Source of the DNA: Patescibacteria group bacterium
Lineage (GTDB): Bacteria; Patescibacteriota; Minisyncoccia; Phycocordibacterales; UBA918
Direction of reading: 5' to 3'
NCBI GenBank assembly: GCA_019745315.1
Contig: JAIETH010000002.1
Span: 32,654-96,653 of the forward strand
DNA: 64,000 nucleotides
Below are positions 8,940 through 18,561 of this stretch, one piece after another. Both the position numbers and the translations under genes were made by a program. Positions within the stretch are counted from its first letter, which is position 1; every line of letters starts with the position of its first letter. The notes under the pieces are model-generated. The model did not search any database. It had not been told where the DNA came from and saw only the letters and a program-made list of their open reading frames with translations.

Positions 8940-10355
8940 TTAGAATCTAAAACCTGAACCCATAAAGAAACGTCCAACTTTTTTAACAGCATCAATGCGC
9001 AGTGCCAAAAGCAGTGTGCGTGAAATACTGATAGCTGAAAGCATTGAGACAAATACTCCCACCGATAGCACGAGCGCAAATCCTTTAATAAGAGACGTGC
9101 CAAACCAAAACAGAATAATTCCTGCTATAAGATGAGCAATGTTTGAATCGCGAATCGCAAGCCACGCACGAGAGAATCCTTCTTGTATTGCGTCTTCCGT
9201 ATCTTTCCCTGCTTTAAGCTCCTCCTTCATACGCTCCGCAATCAATACGTTTGCATCAACTGCAAGACCCACAGAAAGAATGAATCCTGCAATACCCGCA
9301 GCCGTCAAAACCACTGGCATAAGCTTAAACAGTGCCAACATTATCGCAACATACACAAGCAATGCGAGAACAGCCACCAAGCCCGGCAAACGATACCAGA
9401 GTATAAGGAAGATAGAGAGGATAATGAAACCAACTACTCCTGCTCGCACTCCCGCCTTAAACGCATCTTCTCCGAGAGACGCACCAATTGTTTGTGTACT
9501 CAAAAGTTCGATAGGTACCGGCAGTGCACCAAAGTTAAGATTGCGAACAAGTTCGCGACCCTCGTCAGGAGTGAAGTCTCCGGTAATCACCGCAGAACCT
9601 CCCGATATTGCCTCGTTGATCATTGGCTCTGACATCACAACGCCATCAAGAAAGATAGCGAGCCTCTTGCCCACATTATCCCGCGTGATTTGTTCAAAAA
9701 GCCGCGCTCCTTCTTCGTCAAAAGTAATTGCAACAACAGGCGCATTCGCAAGCTGTCCTTGAGAACCACTTCCAAACTCAAGCGTCGCGCGCTCGAGATA
9801 CCGCCCAGTAAGACCTGTAGCAATATACAACTCACCAGCTGCTTCTGTGGCAAGTATTTCTTCGATAACGACACCCTCTTCACCTTGTGTGCTTATAGCA
9901 TTTTGTATCGTAGCAAATGCCTCCTCATTGACGAGCTTAAACTCAAGTGATGGCGTCTGTCCAATTTGTCGAATTGCTTCATTTACATCAGTCACTCCAG
10001 GCAATTCAACCACCAAGCGTTGCATACGCTCACCCGCTACCGCACTCGATTGTTCAACCTGCACAATTGGTTCAGACACACCGAATACATTTGTGCGTCT
10101 CTCAATAACATCACGGAGAGATGCCATTGCATTTTGTACCTCCTCCGGAGCAATCGCCGAAACGTCAGCCTTGTATACAAGATGACTTCCCCCTGCAAGA
10201 TCAAGGCCGAGCTTAAATGGGAATTTCGAATCTGGATTAACGGTCGTTGTATACACAAAGTACGCAATGATTCCTGCGAACACACAGACCACAAAAGCAC
10301 GAAATATTCGTACAGATGCACTTACAGGAACGACGACTTGTTCAGGCTTTTTCAT
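8940..10355 (-). CDS. secD: Protein-export membrane protein SecD.
   Basis: Motif LGLDLAGGSHLVY, a periplasmic domain and a C-terminal 6-TM bundle. Confidence 0.8.
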   Translation of the reverse strand: MKKPEQVVVPVSASVRIFRAFVVCVFAGIIAYFVYTTTVNPDSKFPFKLGLDLAGGSHLVYKADVSAIAPEEVQNAMASLRDVIERRTNVFGVSEPIVQVEQSSAVAGERMQRLVVELPGVTDVNEAIRQIGQTPSLEFKLVNEEAFATIQNAISTQGEEGVVIEEILATEAAGELYIATGLTGRYLERATLEFGSGSQGQLANAPVVAITFDEEGARLFEQITRDNVGKRLAIFLDGVVMSEPMINEAISGGSAVITGDFTPDEGRELVRNLNFGALPVPIELLSTQTIGASLGEDAFKAGVRAGVVGFIILSIFLILWYRLPGLVAVLALLVYVAIMLALFKLMPVVLTAAGIAGFILSVGLAVDANVLIAERMKEELKAGKDTEDAIQEGFSRAWLAIRDSNIAHLIAGIILFWFGTSLIKGFALVLSVGVFVSMLSAISISRTLLLALRIDAVKKVGRFFMGSGFRF

Positions 10356-10413
10356 ACAGAACAGTTATATCAGCTTACACGACCTGCGTCCATGTTGTTT
10401 TTTTGACATATTT

Positions 10414-11244
10414 TTATACAAAGTCAAACTTTAGTTTCAGCATATTTTCAAAAAGAAAGGCAACTGCAAGCGGCCCAATACCTCCAGGCACTGGTGTTGT
10501 GAGATACGCGAACTCGGAGCACGCAGGATCGGCGTCCCCCACTAACCGCCCCCCTTCTTCAGACGTTCCTGCATCAAATATACTCACGCTTTTGTTGAGG
10601 GAAATCATATCAGGAGTCAGAAGCGAAGGAGATCCTGCACCTAAAACAATAATGTCAGCAGTATGTGTATACTCTTTTATATCACCAGAATCTTTTGTAA
10701 GACGCACCACATCCGCACCAGACTGTTCAAACCAGCGTGCGGCAGGCACACCGACGAGTCGTCCTTGTCCTACAACCACAACCTTCTTATCTTTCGGAGA
10801 AACATCATATTCTGTACATATCGCGCGAATTGCAGCAACAACCGGAGGCAGCACTACATGCCTATTCTCATCCAACAACTGCGTCGCCTCGTGCCCCATA
10901 CAATCAGGGTCACATTCTGAAGGAAGGACTGAAAGCAGGTTGTCGATATCAATATGCGGCGGAAATGGAATTTGTATTACAACTCCGTCTGAAGTAGCAG
11001 CGACCTCTTTTACAATTTCAACAACGCGATCATGCGTTGTATGGAGAGGAATCTCTACTATATTCATAGACACACCACAGTCGCGCGCTATTTTTTGTTT
11101 TATACGTAAAAACTGTTGTGTGGCAGCGTTTGGATTCATGGTAAGAGCAGTGAGTTTTGGCTCTAACTGCTGAGACACGACAAAATCACGCATTCGTAGA
11201 ATGCGCGCATGCGCCATACCTTTACCATCAATAATACCTACCAT
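10414..11244 (-). CDS. folD: Bifunctional methylenetetrahydrofolate dehydrogenase/cyclohydrolase FolD.
   Basis: Contains GRLVGVP and TPVPGGIGP motifs. The start was chosen at MVGIIDGKG. Confidence 0.75.
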   Translation of the reverse strand: MVGIIDGKGMAHARILRMRDFVVSQQLEPKLTALTMNPNAATQQFLRIKQKIARDCGVSMNIVEIPLHTTHDRVVEIVKEVAATSDGVVIQIPFPPHIDIDNLLSVLPSECDPDCMGHEATQLLDENRHVVLPPVVAAIRAICTEYDVSPKDKKVVVVGQGRLVGVPAARWFEQSGADVVRLTKDSGDIKEYTHTADIIVLGAGSPSLLTPDMISLNKSVSIFDAGTSEEGGRLVGDADPACSEFAYLTTPVPGGIGPLAVAFLFENMLKLKFDFV

Positions 11245-11245
11245 G

Positions 11246-12319
11246 TTATTTTTTATGTCGTCGGGAAGTCTCGGGGACATAGGACTCATACTCTCCTTCA
11301 GTAAACCGAAAGGCGTCTCCTGAAAGATACTTATAGGTATACCCGTACACTTTAGTGAGCAGCGTACCATCCATAACAATTGGATAACAATAGAATCGCC
11401 AGCCGCCTTTTGATGTAGGGATTCTTCCTCGTGTTACATGCCAGAAGAAAAAGAACGCGATACGTGCCATCCATGGCTGTATGTGGAGTACGCGCTTCCC
11501 AACTGCATCCGCCATCTCAGGAGCCAATACAGGAGAGCCTGGTGGAGTGATATTGAAAACTTGGTACGTGTCAGCGTGATCAGTAAATGCGAGAGTTTCC
11601 ACAATGTTAACGACATCATCTTCATGAATAAATTGTCGACACCACAATGGAGTAGCTGGAACCCATGATACGAGAAGTGACACAATACGATGAATAAACG
11701 AGCCCTTGAGTTGCCCAGAGAGAGCTGCTTGCAACCCAAACCGTACGCGCATAAAGCGACCTCGCGGACCAGTAATTGCAGCGGGGCGCACAACGCGAAC
11801 CATCACCCGCGACCCACTTTGTACTGCCGCTTCGTATTTCTTAAGAAGATGTTCTTCAGCAACCTTCTTTTCAACAGCATACAAGTATTCTTCATCACGA
11901 AAACCTTCATCTTCTTTAAAATAATGCGAGAGTGTATTTGATGTATACGCTCCGTAGGAAGACGCCGTTGAAAAATGAATGAGCTTTACCACACCTGGCG
12001 TACTGAATGCGAAATCAAATACTGCATCTGACCCTTCAACATTCCATTTCCATTGCATTTTTTGTTTCCCATACATCTCTCGAATTTGCCACGCAGTATG
12101 CACAACCACAGTTGGCATATAGTCTTGTGCGTGTTTCTGCCATGAGCCATCAGAAAGATTCGCGGTAATCCACTCAAGCTTCGGAATGTTCGCAAGAAAT
12201 TCCGGCATACTCTCTTTATCGATACCCACAATACGAACAACGTCCCCGCGCGCAGCAAAACGGCGACACAACATAGCCCCCACATATCCCGCTGCTCCTG
12301 TTATAAGTACTGTATGCAT
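11246..12319 (-). CDS. NAD-dependent epimerase/dehydratase (extended SDR).
   Basis: Shows the TGAAGYVG Rossmann motif. The start was chosen at MHTVLITG. Confidence 0.65.
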   Translation of the reverse strand: MHTVLITGAAGYVGAMLCRRFAARGDVVRIVGIDKESMPEFLANIPKLEWITANLSDGSWQKHAQDYMPTVVVHTAWQIREMYGKQKMQWKWNVEGSDAVFDFAFSTPGVVKLIHFSTASSYGAYTSNTLSHYFKEDEGFRDEEYLYAVEKKVAEEHLLKKYEAAVQSGSRVMVRVVRPAAITGPRGRFMRVRFGLQAALSGQLKGSFIHRIVSLLVSWVPATPLWCRQFIHEDDVVNIVETLAFTDHADTYQVFNITPPGSPVLAPEMADAVGKRVLHIQPWMARIAFFFFWHVTRGRIPTSKGGWRFYCYPIVMDGTLLTKVYGYTYKYLSGDAFRFTEGEYESYVPETSRRHKK

Positions 12320-12323
12320 ATAA

Positions 12324-13703
12324 TTATCGTAATCGAATAGTAACACCGAAGCGACCAAGAAGCGTCTTGAATGTGCGGAGTGCGATATTTATATCCAGCA
12401 AGAGTGATCGATGCTTGATATAAAATAAATCGTATGCCAAGCGCATATGCGTCTCCTCAACAGACTGCGGACTAATATGCCCCGGAGTGTATTGTTGATG
12501 GGTTTGAGCCCATCCTGTAATACCTGGCTTAATAATAGTGCGTATTGCGTAAAATGGTATCTCCTCTCCGAGACGGAGGGCAAGACCTTCAATATCATTG
12601 CGCGGACCAATGAGCGACATCTCGCCTTTTAAAATAGTAAGCACCTGAGGCAGCTCATCAATACTTGTCTTGCGAAGAAGTGCTCCTACTTTCGTCACTC
12701 TATTTTTTGACTCACCGAGCCATACACCGTTTTCATTTGAGCTCATTGTGCGAAACTTGTATACGGTGATAACAGTTCCTGCAATCCCCATCCTTCGTTG
12801 CGCAATAAAGAGCGGACCTTTATCTTCAATACGAATCGCACACCACACTAATGGAATAATACACAGAAGAACAATGCCCAAAAGCGATGCGCCAACAATA
12901 TCAATAATTCGTTTCAAGAAACTATATACCGGCTGAGCTGACCGAGTTACGTGTGCCAAAAACCACTCGTAATGCAGCATCGAAACAGGTACTCGATCGA
13001 ATATTTCTTCGTACATCGCATGAAAGTCAATAAACCGCATACTTTTGTCTGAAAACGTAAGTGTGAACAAGAGAGGTACAAGCTTTGTAATTTCAGGATT
13101 CCGCGTATCACCGACAATGATAGAAATGTTTTCTTTTTCTACCAGGAGCCGGACTTTGTTTTCAAGATCGCGCGTCTCAGAAAGCATCTCGGCGTTGAGG
13201 ATACGCACAAATGTTATGCCGTATCGTGAATTTGAATTAACCTCTCTCACCAAATCTTCAATCTCTTCTCCTTCCCCCACCAACAATGCTTTACGGCGTG
13301 TTTTTGGCATCAAATATTCAACCAATAGCAATCGCCACACGAGAAGTGCGGCTGACGAAATAACAAAATAGATGAGCAGATTTGTTTTAGGCGTAATGCC
13401 GAAGTACGGTATAAAAAAGAAAAATAACGCAGCGAGAGCTGCATTTACCATTTGTGCATTAGTGATGGTGCTCAGCATTCCTCGCTTCACAAACTCTGTA
13501 TGCTTGTCATAGAGACCAGCTATAAAAAACACCACAACCCACGCAATTGAGAGAATAAGAAACGGTGCAAAGTGAGCGCCAAAAAGCTCTGAGTCTGGAA
13601 AACCCCAATAGCGCACACAAAGGGTGACCCACAGGGCTAGAAAAAAGATACCAATATCTCCCAAGAGAAGGAGTAGTGACTCTCTTTTATTGTGATAACT
13701 CAT
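12324..13703 (-). CDS. Polyprenyl glycosylphosphotransferase (bacterial sugar transferase, WbaP/CpsE-like).
   Basis: N-terminal TM helices and a C-terminal YKFRTM...LIGPR sugar-transferase signature. The start was chosen at MSYHNK. Confidence 0.7.
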   Translation of the reverse strand: MSYHNKRESLLLLLGDIGIFFLALWVTLCVRYWGFPDSELFGAHFAPFLILSIAWVVVFFIAGLYDKHTEFVKRGMLSTITNAQMVNAALAALFFFFIPYFGITPKTNLLIYFVISSAALLVWRLLLVEYLMPKTRRKALLVGEGEEIEDLVREVNSNSRYGITFVRILNAEMLSETRDLENKVRLLVEKENISIIVGDTRNPEITKLVPLLFTLTFSDKSMRFIDFHAMYEEIFDRVPVSMLHYEWFLAHVTRSAQPVYSFLKRIIDIVGASLLGIVLLCIIPLVWCAIRIEDKGPLFIAQRRMGIAGTVITVYKFRTMSSNENGVWLGESKNRVTKVGALLRKTSIDELPQVLTILKGEMSLIGPRNDIEGLALRLGEEIPFYAIRTIIKPGITGWAQTHQQYTPGHISPQSVEETHMRLAYDLFYIKHRSLLLDINIALRTFKTLLGRFGVTIRLR

Positions 13704-13808
13704 AGAGGGTAAAACCAAGAATATGCTTATATTACAACAAAAAAACAAGGAAACAAGTTACTTTAAGCCGACTTTTAAAGTGATATACTTAGGAAAATAG
13801 CCTCCAAT

Positions 13809-13866
13809 ATGAGCAATAAAACCAAAAAGAAAATACTATTCCTGATTACCAAGAGCAACTGCGGGC
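13809..13866 (+). pseudogene. Remnant duplicate of the N-terminus of the downstream GT4 glycosyltransferase.
   Basis: The stretch ATGAGCAATAAAACCAAAAAGAAAATACTATTCCTGATTACCAAGAGCAACTG parallels the real gene start (MNNPPNRKKILFLITKSNWGG versus MSNKTKKKILFLITKSNCG), then truncates. Confidence 0.45.
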
Positions 13867-13895
13867 TTTCAAAGCAACGGGGTTGCTTTGAAAGA
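13867..13895. other. Perfect 13-bp stem hairpin (ctttcaaagcaac-ggg-gttgctttgaaag) directly after the gene fragment.
   Basis: Read directly from the sequence. Confidence 0.5.
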
Positions 13896-13933
13896 AAAAC
13901 AACCGCCCCAATTCACCAGCTACAAACCAAAGC

Positions 13934-15094
13934 ATGAACAACCCTCCCAATCGAAAAAAAATATTGTTCCTGATTACAAAGTCTAACTGGGGCGGCGCCC
14001 AACGCTACGTCTTTGACCTTGCAACATCTCTTCAAAACTCTTTTGATGTTGCGGTAGCCCTTGGAGGCAACGGCAAGCTTGCTGAAGTGCTTCAGACACG
14101 GAACATCAAAACACTCCCCATAGCCGACCTTAAGCGAGACGTATCTCTCACGCATGAATGGAAAGCGTTTTTAAATCTCTATCGACTACTGCGTACAGAG
14201 CGGCCAGACATCCTTCACCTCAATAGCTCTAAGGCGGGCGTACTTGGCGCACTTGCAGGACGTCTCGCACGCGTACCACACATTATATTTACCGCTCACG
14301 GCTGGGCATGGAATGAAAATCGTTCTCTTGTTTCAAAAATATGTATTGCCGCTCTTCACTGGATAACAGTGATACTTTCAGATCGCACCATAGCGGTGTC
14401 TCATAACATATATGACCAAATGGCACGTTTCCCTTTTACCCGAAGACGTATGCGGGTAATTCATCTCGGAATTACACCTCTTCCCAATCTCTCGCGTGAG
14501 CAAGCGCGCCAAAACATACTGGAAATAATTCCAGGATTAAAAGAAGATAGAGACGGGCTATGGGTAAGCACTATCGCAGAACTTCATCCCATCAAAGGTT
14601 TTTTTCATGCGCTTCCCGCGATACAAGAAGCTCAAAAAAAGTATCCTGGTTTACGCTATATCATATTCGGCGAAGGAGAAGAACGGCTCAAAATTGAAGA
14701 CTACATACAGAAGAATGATCTTACGGAAACAGTATGTCTGGCTGGATATGTACATGATGCCTCAGCGCTCCTTCCTGCTTTTGACCTTTTTATACTCCCC
14801 TCATTCTCTGAATCATTTGGATACGTACTCGTAGAAGCTGGAGCAGTAGAAGTACCCATCATAGCAACCAATGTCGGAGGTATCCCCGAAATAGTTGAGG
14901 AAAATGCCGGTGTATTAGTGGAGCCTGGCAATACAGAAGCACTTGCTCATGCCATCGTAGACGCCTTAGGAAATACAAAAAAGATGCGCGCCTCAGCTCG
15001 CACCTTGAAGCAGCGCGTACTCACCCACTTTACAAAAGAACGTATGTCTGAAGAAACAGCAGATATCTATACCGATCTCCTTACTAAAAGATAA
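13934..15094 (+). CDS. Glycosyltransferase family 4 (GT1-fold).
   Basis: Contains the SESFGYVLVEAGA...PIIATNVGGIPE signature of GT4 enzymes. Confidence 0.75.
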   Translation: MNNPPNRKKILFLITKSNWGGAQRYVFDLATSLQNSFDVAVALGGNGKLAEVLQTRNIKTLPIADLKRDVSLTHEWKAFLNLYRLLRTERPDILHLNSSKAGVLGALAGRLARVPHIIFTAHGWAWNENRSLVSKICIAALHWITVILSDRTIAVSHNIYDQMARFPFTRRRMRVIHLGITPLPNLSREQARQNILEIIPGLKEDRDGLWVSTIAELHPIKGFFHALPAIQEAQKKYPGLRYIIFGEGEERLKIEDYIQKNDLTETVCLAGYVHDASALLPAFDLFILPSFSESFGYVLVEAGAVEVPIIATNVGGIPEIVEENAGVLVEPGNTEALAHAIVDALGNTKKMRASARTLKQRVLTHFTKERMSEETADIYTDLLTKR

Positions 15095-16204
15095 CTATTG
15101 ATCGTGCTCAATAATGACTCGCTTTTTGCGCTTTGTCATACCAATAAGCATTCCAATACCGATACACTCCGTAATGAGGTGAGACCCCCCATAACTTAAA
15201 AATGGCACCGTTGTCCCCGTTACTGGCAAGAGTCCTATGTTCATACCTATATGCACAAAGAAGTGCGTGGTGATGAGTATGGCGAGCCCAGTGCCAAATA
15301 ATCGCTCAAAGTTTGTTTCTCCATCAAGTGCACGAAATAGTATCTTCCACACCAAGAGCGCAAAAAGGAGAAAAACGAGCAGCGCTCCTATAAACCCCCA
15401 CTCCTCAGCAAAGGCAGCAAAAATAAAGTCTGTTTCATATTCTGGCAAAAACTCGAGCTTCGATTGTGTACCATATCCAATACCCTTACCCAACAACTCT
15501 CCCGAGCCGACGGCGATCGTCGATTGGTATGCATTGTATCCAGTACCCTGAATATCAGCGAGCGGATGAAGAAATGTTCTAATGCGATCTTTTTGGTATT
15601 CCTGGAAACCAAAAAACCACAATCCACTAAATGAAAGGACACCGAGGAGAAAAACAGCGCCTACGTGTCGCCACGAAATTCCTGCAACCAATACGAGGCC
15701 AAACCATACAGAAAAAAGAATTATGGCGCTCCCGAAGTCAGGCTGAATGAATACAAGCGCGAAGATAAAAAATGCATAGAGACCCGAAATAATAATATGT
15801 CGAATATCTGCAATTTCTACATGTCGCTTTGAAAAGTATTTCGCCAATACCATAATCAAAACGAGCTTTGCGGGGTCTGACGGCTGAAGTGCAAAGAAAC
15901 CGAAATCAAACCGACTCTGAGCACCCTTTACCACTGTTCCAAATACCAACACTGCAGCAAGCACTGCAATTGTTGCCATGTATATATAAAAGACTGCATT
16001 TCCCGTTCTTAAAAAACGGTAATCGGGAATAGCTGCTATAACAAGAAAGAAAAAAGAAACACCAATCCATATAACCTGTCGCTCAAAATAGAGATTGTCT
16101 CCCAGGTACGAATACATCGTCATAAGGCCGAGCAGACTCAAGACGAGCGCAGTGCCAAAAAGCCACATATCAAAGCCTGCAAATAGCGCTTTTAGTGCTC
16201 GCAT
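15095..16204 (-). CDS. SEDS family peptidoglycan polymerase (FtsW/RodA).
   Basis: A 10-TM protein with the conserved FAAFAEEWGFIG and PFLSYGGS regions. Confidence 0.75.
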   Translation of the reverse strand: MRALKALFAGFDMWLFGTALVLSLLGLMTMYSYLGDNLYFERQVIWIGVSFFFLVIAAIPDYRFLRTGNAVFYIYMATIAVLAAVLVFGTVVKGAQSRFDFGFFALQPSDPAKLVLIMVLAKYFSKRHVEIADIRHIIISGLYAFFIFALVFIQPDFGSAIILFSVWFGLVLVAGISWRHVGAVFLLGVLSFSGLWFFGFQEYQKDRIRTFLHPLADIQGTGYNAYQSTIAVGSGELLGKGIGYGTQSKLEFLPEYETDFIFAAFAEEWGFIGALLVFLLFALLVWKILFRALDGETNFERLFGTGLAILITTHFFVHIGMNIGLLPVTGTTVPFLSYGGSHLITECIGIGMLIGMTKRKKRVIIEHDQ

Positions 16205-16215
16205 GGAAATACTAC

Positions 16216-17598
16216 TTACGGACGCTCTTGGTTGTCATTGAGCTCCCCGATCACCTTTGGCACGATATCAATCACCGCAGCCCCATCCTCGCAGAGTGAA
16301 GTAGTTATTGAGCGATAGATACCGTCGAGAGAGGCTTTATCTAAAGCGCGATATTTTTGCGCGGGGTCAGACGCTATCGAGGTTAAGAAACTGTCTTCAA
16401 CACCTTCGCCAAGTCCAATAGTGATAATAGTGATTCCTTGGTCTTTTGCTCGTTGCGCTGCCGCAATTGCATATGCTTCAGGGTCAGGATCAGGTTCGTT
16501 TGTTTTTCCATCAGTAAATACAATCAATACTTTGCGTGCATCAGGATTATGTCGAGACGACTCAAATTCTTCCGTGGCAACAAGAATTGCATCTCCCACA
16601 TTGGTTCCTCCTGACTGCTCTTTAGGATCAATAGTGAGTCCTTGTACCAACGTACCTACTCCCATCGTATCGCCGGTCAGCGATCGAGAAAGAGTTCCCC
16701 CAGTTGCAAAGGTTGCTATTCCTATTTGATCTTTGCTCCGTAGTCGTTCTACGAACCCAGATGCCGATCGGAGTACAGAGGTAATCGGCTCAGGCGGTGT
16801 ACCACCCTCAGAGTCCATACTTCCAGAAAGGTCAATTGCCATAATTACATCAGTAGGAATCTCACAACTCGTGATAGTTTTTGCTATCGGTTCAGGCCAG
16901 GTAAATGTGACCACTTTCTCAGTTCGTCCTTCAAAGAGAGGGACCACGGTGCGTGAAGCAGTGAGGGCATTTCCTTTTGCATTAAAAATAGTCGCGATAA
17001 TCTCTACGCTTCGAGCATCGTTAAGGGACGTGTTTGTGAGAGATGCTTCAAGTCGTGGCTTCGTGTCCGCATCAACAAGTGCTCGCGAATTAACCGTGAA
17101 CTGGGCGCGATTATCTGTAAAGACCTCCCACCGTGTTACAGGTGCAAGCGTAATGGTGGTTTGAGCAGGAACTTTATTTCCTGTACTGATGCGTCCTTCA
17201 AAAATAGGATACTCACTATCTGGTGGCAAAAATGTTGTCCCTGTTTTTTCAGCTATTTTGGAACCATCAGCCGCAAAGAGTGTAAACGTGTATGAGAGCT
17301 CTCGCGTACCAACATCAAGATTTTTATTTTCTACATACGCCACCGCATTGTAAACGCCATCTGAAACCTTAAGCGCACGACTCCACGCGACTGTCGGCTC
17401 GAGCACATCAAATGGGCATACGAGCACGCACGAACCACCGCAATCAATACCACGCTCATCACCATTTTGGCGATCATCAAAACATGTTGGCTCATTTCGT
17501 ATGAAAAAGAAATAAATTAGCGTGAAAACCACTGCAAAAAAAAGCACTATGCCAATGACATATTGCACCCTTCTCCAAAAAGCCCACGGTCTATACAT
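16216..17598 (-). CDS. Membrane-anchored von Willebrand factor type A domain protein.
   Basis: N-terminal TM, an AIDLSGSMDSEGG MIDAS-like motif and downstream VWA features. Confidence 0.6.
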   Translation of the reverse strand: MYRPWAFWRRVQYVIGIVLFFAVVFTLIYFFFIRNEPTCFDDRQNGDERGIDCGGSCVLVCPFDVLEPTVAWSRALKVSDGVYNAVAYVENKNLDVGTRELSYTFTLFAADGSKIAEKTGTTFLPPDSEYPIFEGRISTGNKVPAQTTITLAPVTRWEVFTDNRAQFTVNSRALVDADTKPRLEASLTNTSLNDARSVEIIATIFNAKGNALTASRTVVPLFEGRTEKVVTFTWPEPIAKTITSCEIPTDVIMAIDLSGSMDSEGGTPPEPITSVLRSASGFVERLRSKDQIGIATFATGGTLSRSLTGDTMGVGTLVQGLTIDPKEQSGGTNVGDAILVATEEFESSRHNPDARKVLIVFTDGKTNEPDPDPEAYAIAAAQRAKDQGITIITIGLGEGVEDSFLTSIASDPAQKYRALDKASLDGIYRSITTSLCEDGAAVIDIVPKVIGELNDNQERP

Positions 17599-17651
17599 AC
17601 ATGTATTGTAACAGAGAGCTGAGCATAAGAAAAAAGTATCTACTAGAAAAC

Positions 17652-17679
17652 AAAAAAACGACCAGTGGTCGTTTTTTTG
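17652..17679. terminator. Intrinsic terminator (acgacca-gt-ggtcgt followed by T7) immediately downstream of the 5S region on the minus strand.
   Basis: Read directly from the sequence. Confidence 0.65.
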
Positions 17680-17694
17680 TAATTAAATATTTAA

Positions 17695-17768
17695 ATCTGG
17701 CGGCTACCTACTCTCCCTCTTGCGAAGTACCATCGGCGCTAGAAGGCTTAACTTCCGTGTTCGGAATG
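17695..17768 (-). repeat. Partial 5S rRNA copy, identical to the 3' 74 nt of the intact 5S gene.
   Basis: A 74/74 nt direct repeat of 17840-17913. It is followed by non-5S sequence. Confidence 0.7.
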
Positions 17769-17839
17769 TTACCGTCTTGCCCAAGAGCAAAGCGATTGGA
17801 TGCAAGACGCAATCCCATACTTTTGAATCAAAAACTATA

Positions 17840-17948
17840 ATCTGGCGGCTACCTACTCTCCCTCTTGCGAAGTACCATCGGCGCTAGAAGGCTTAACTTC
17901 CGTGTTCGGAATGAGAACGGGTGTGACCCTTCCGCCAAACCACCAGAT
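17840..17948 (-). rRNA. rrf: 5S ribosomal RNA, 109 nt.
   Basis: The reverse complement AUCUGGUGGUUUGGCGGAAGGGUCACACCCGUUCUCAUUCCGAACACGGAAGUUAAGCCUUCUAGCGCCGAUGGUACUUCGCAAGAGGGAGAGUAGGUAGCCGCCAGAU aligns to the 5S consensus, including the CCGAAC and GUAC loop E regions and helix I. Confidence 0.85.
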
Positions 17949-18012
17949 TATAATGTTCGATTGTCAAAAGTATGGGGCGAACGGCGTAAAATAGTGCCCC
18001 ACACTATTTTAC

Positions 18013-18034
18013 CCCTTCCGCCAAACCACCAGAT
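18013..18034 (-). repeat. Partial 5S rRNA copy covering the first 22 nt of the 5S gene.
   Basis: A direct repeat of the 5S 5' end at 17927-17948. It is preceded by an 11-bp hairpin at about 17985-18010. Confidence 0.6.
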
Positions 18035-18293
18035 TTAAATATTTAATCTGTTGGAATTTAATATCAAGTGTAGTATTTTTGCAACTCAAAATCAAAACCT
18101 AAGCAACTCTATGAATGCATAGTATTCCTTGTCTTGAATCCTGAAATCGAAATTTGCATGACGATGTTCAGCATTCCTTACAGGAAATACATTCTATTAG
18201 TACACCTCGGCTCCGCATATTTCTATGCTTCCACCTGGTGCCTATCAACCTGATAATCTCTCAGGGAATTTAATGATTCCTCATCTTAGAACT

Positions 18294-18326
<33 letters not shown>

Positions 18327-18452
18327 ATTCCGAACGTAGCTACAGGGCAATGCCGCTGGCGCGACAGCCCTCAGACCAGAGGTTCGTTCATCCCGGTCCT
18401 CTCGTACTAGGGACAAATTTCCTCAAGAATCGACGCCTGCAGTAGATAGGAG

Positions 18453-18486
<34 letters not shown>

Positions 18487-18561
18487 GCGTAACTTTTTAA
18501 TTGGCGAACAGCCAAACCCTTGGGACCTGCTCCAGCCCCAGGATAAGTTGAGCCGACATCG

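Noticed and set aside
9139-11173. Long plus-strand ORFs (9139-9762, 9847-10185, 10316-11173) overlapping secD and folD.
   Set aside because: These are shadow ORFs antisense to strongly supported genes, with low-complexity Ser/Thr/Arg-rich translations.
17690-18040. Short direct repeats near the 5S gene that could look like a CRISPR array or IS ends.
   Set aside because: The repeats are copies of 5S rRNA sequence itself (74-nt and 22-nt), not CRISPR repeats with unique spacers. No cas genes or transposase were found.
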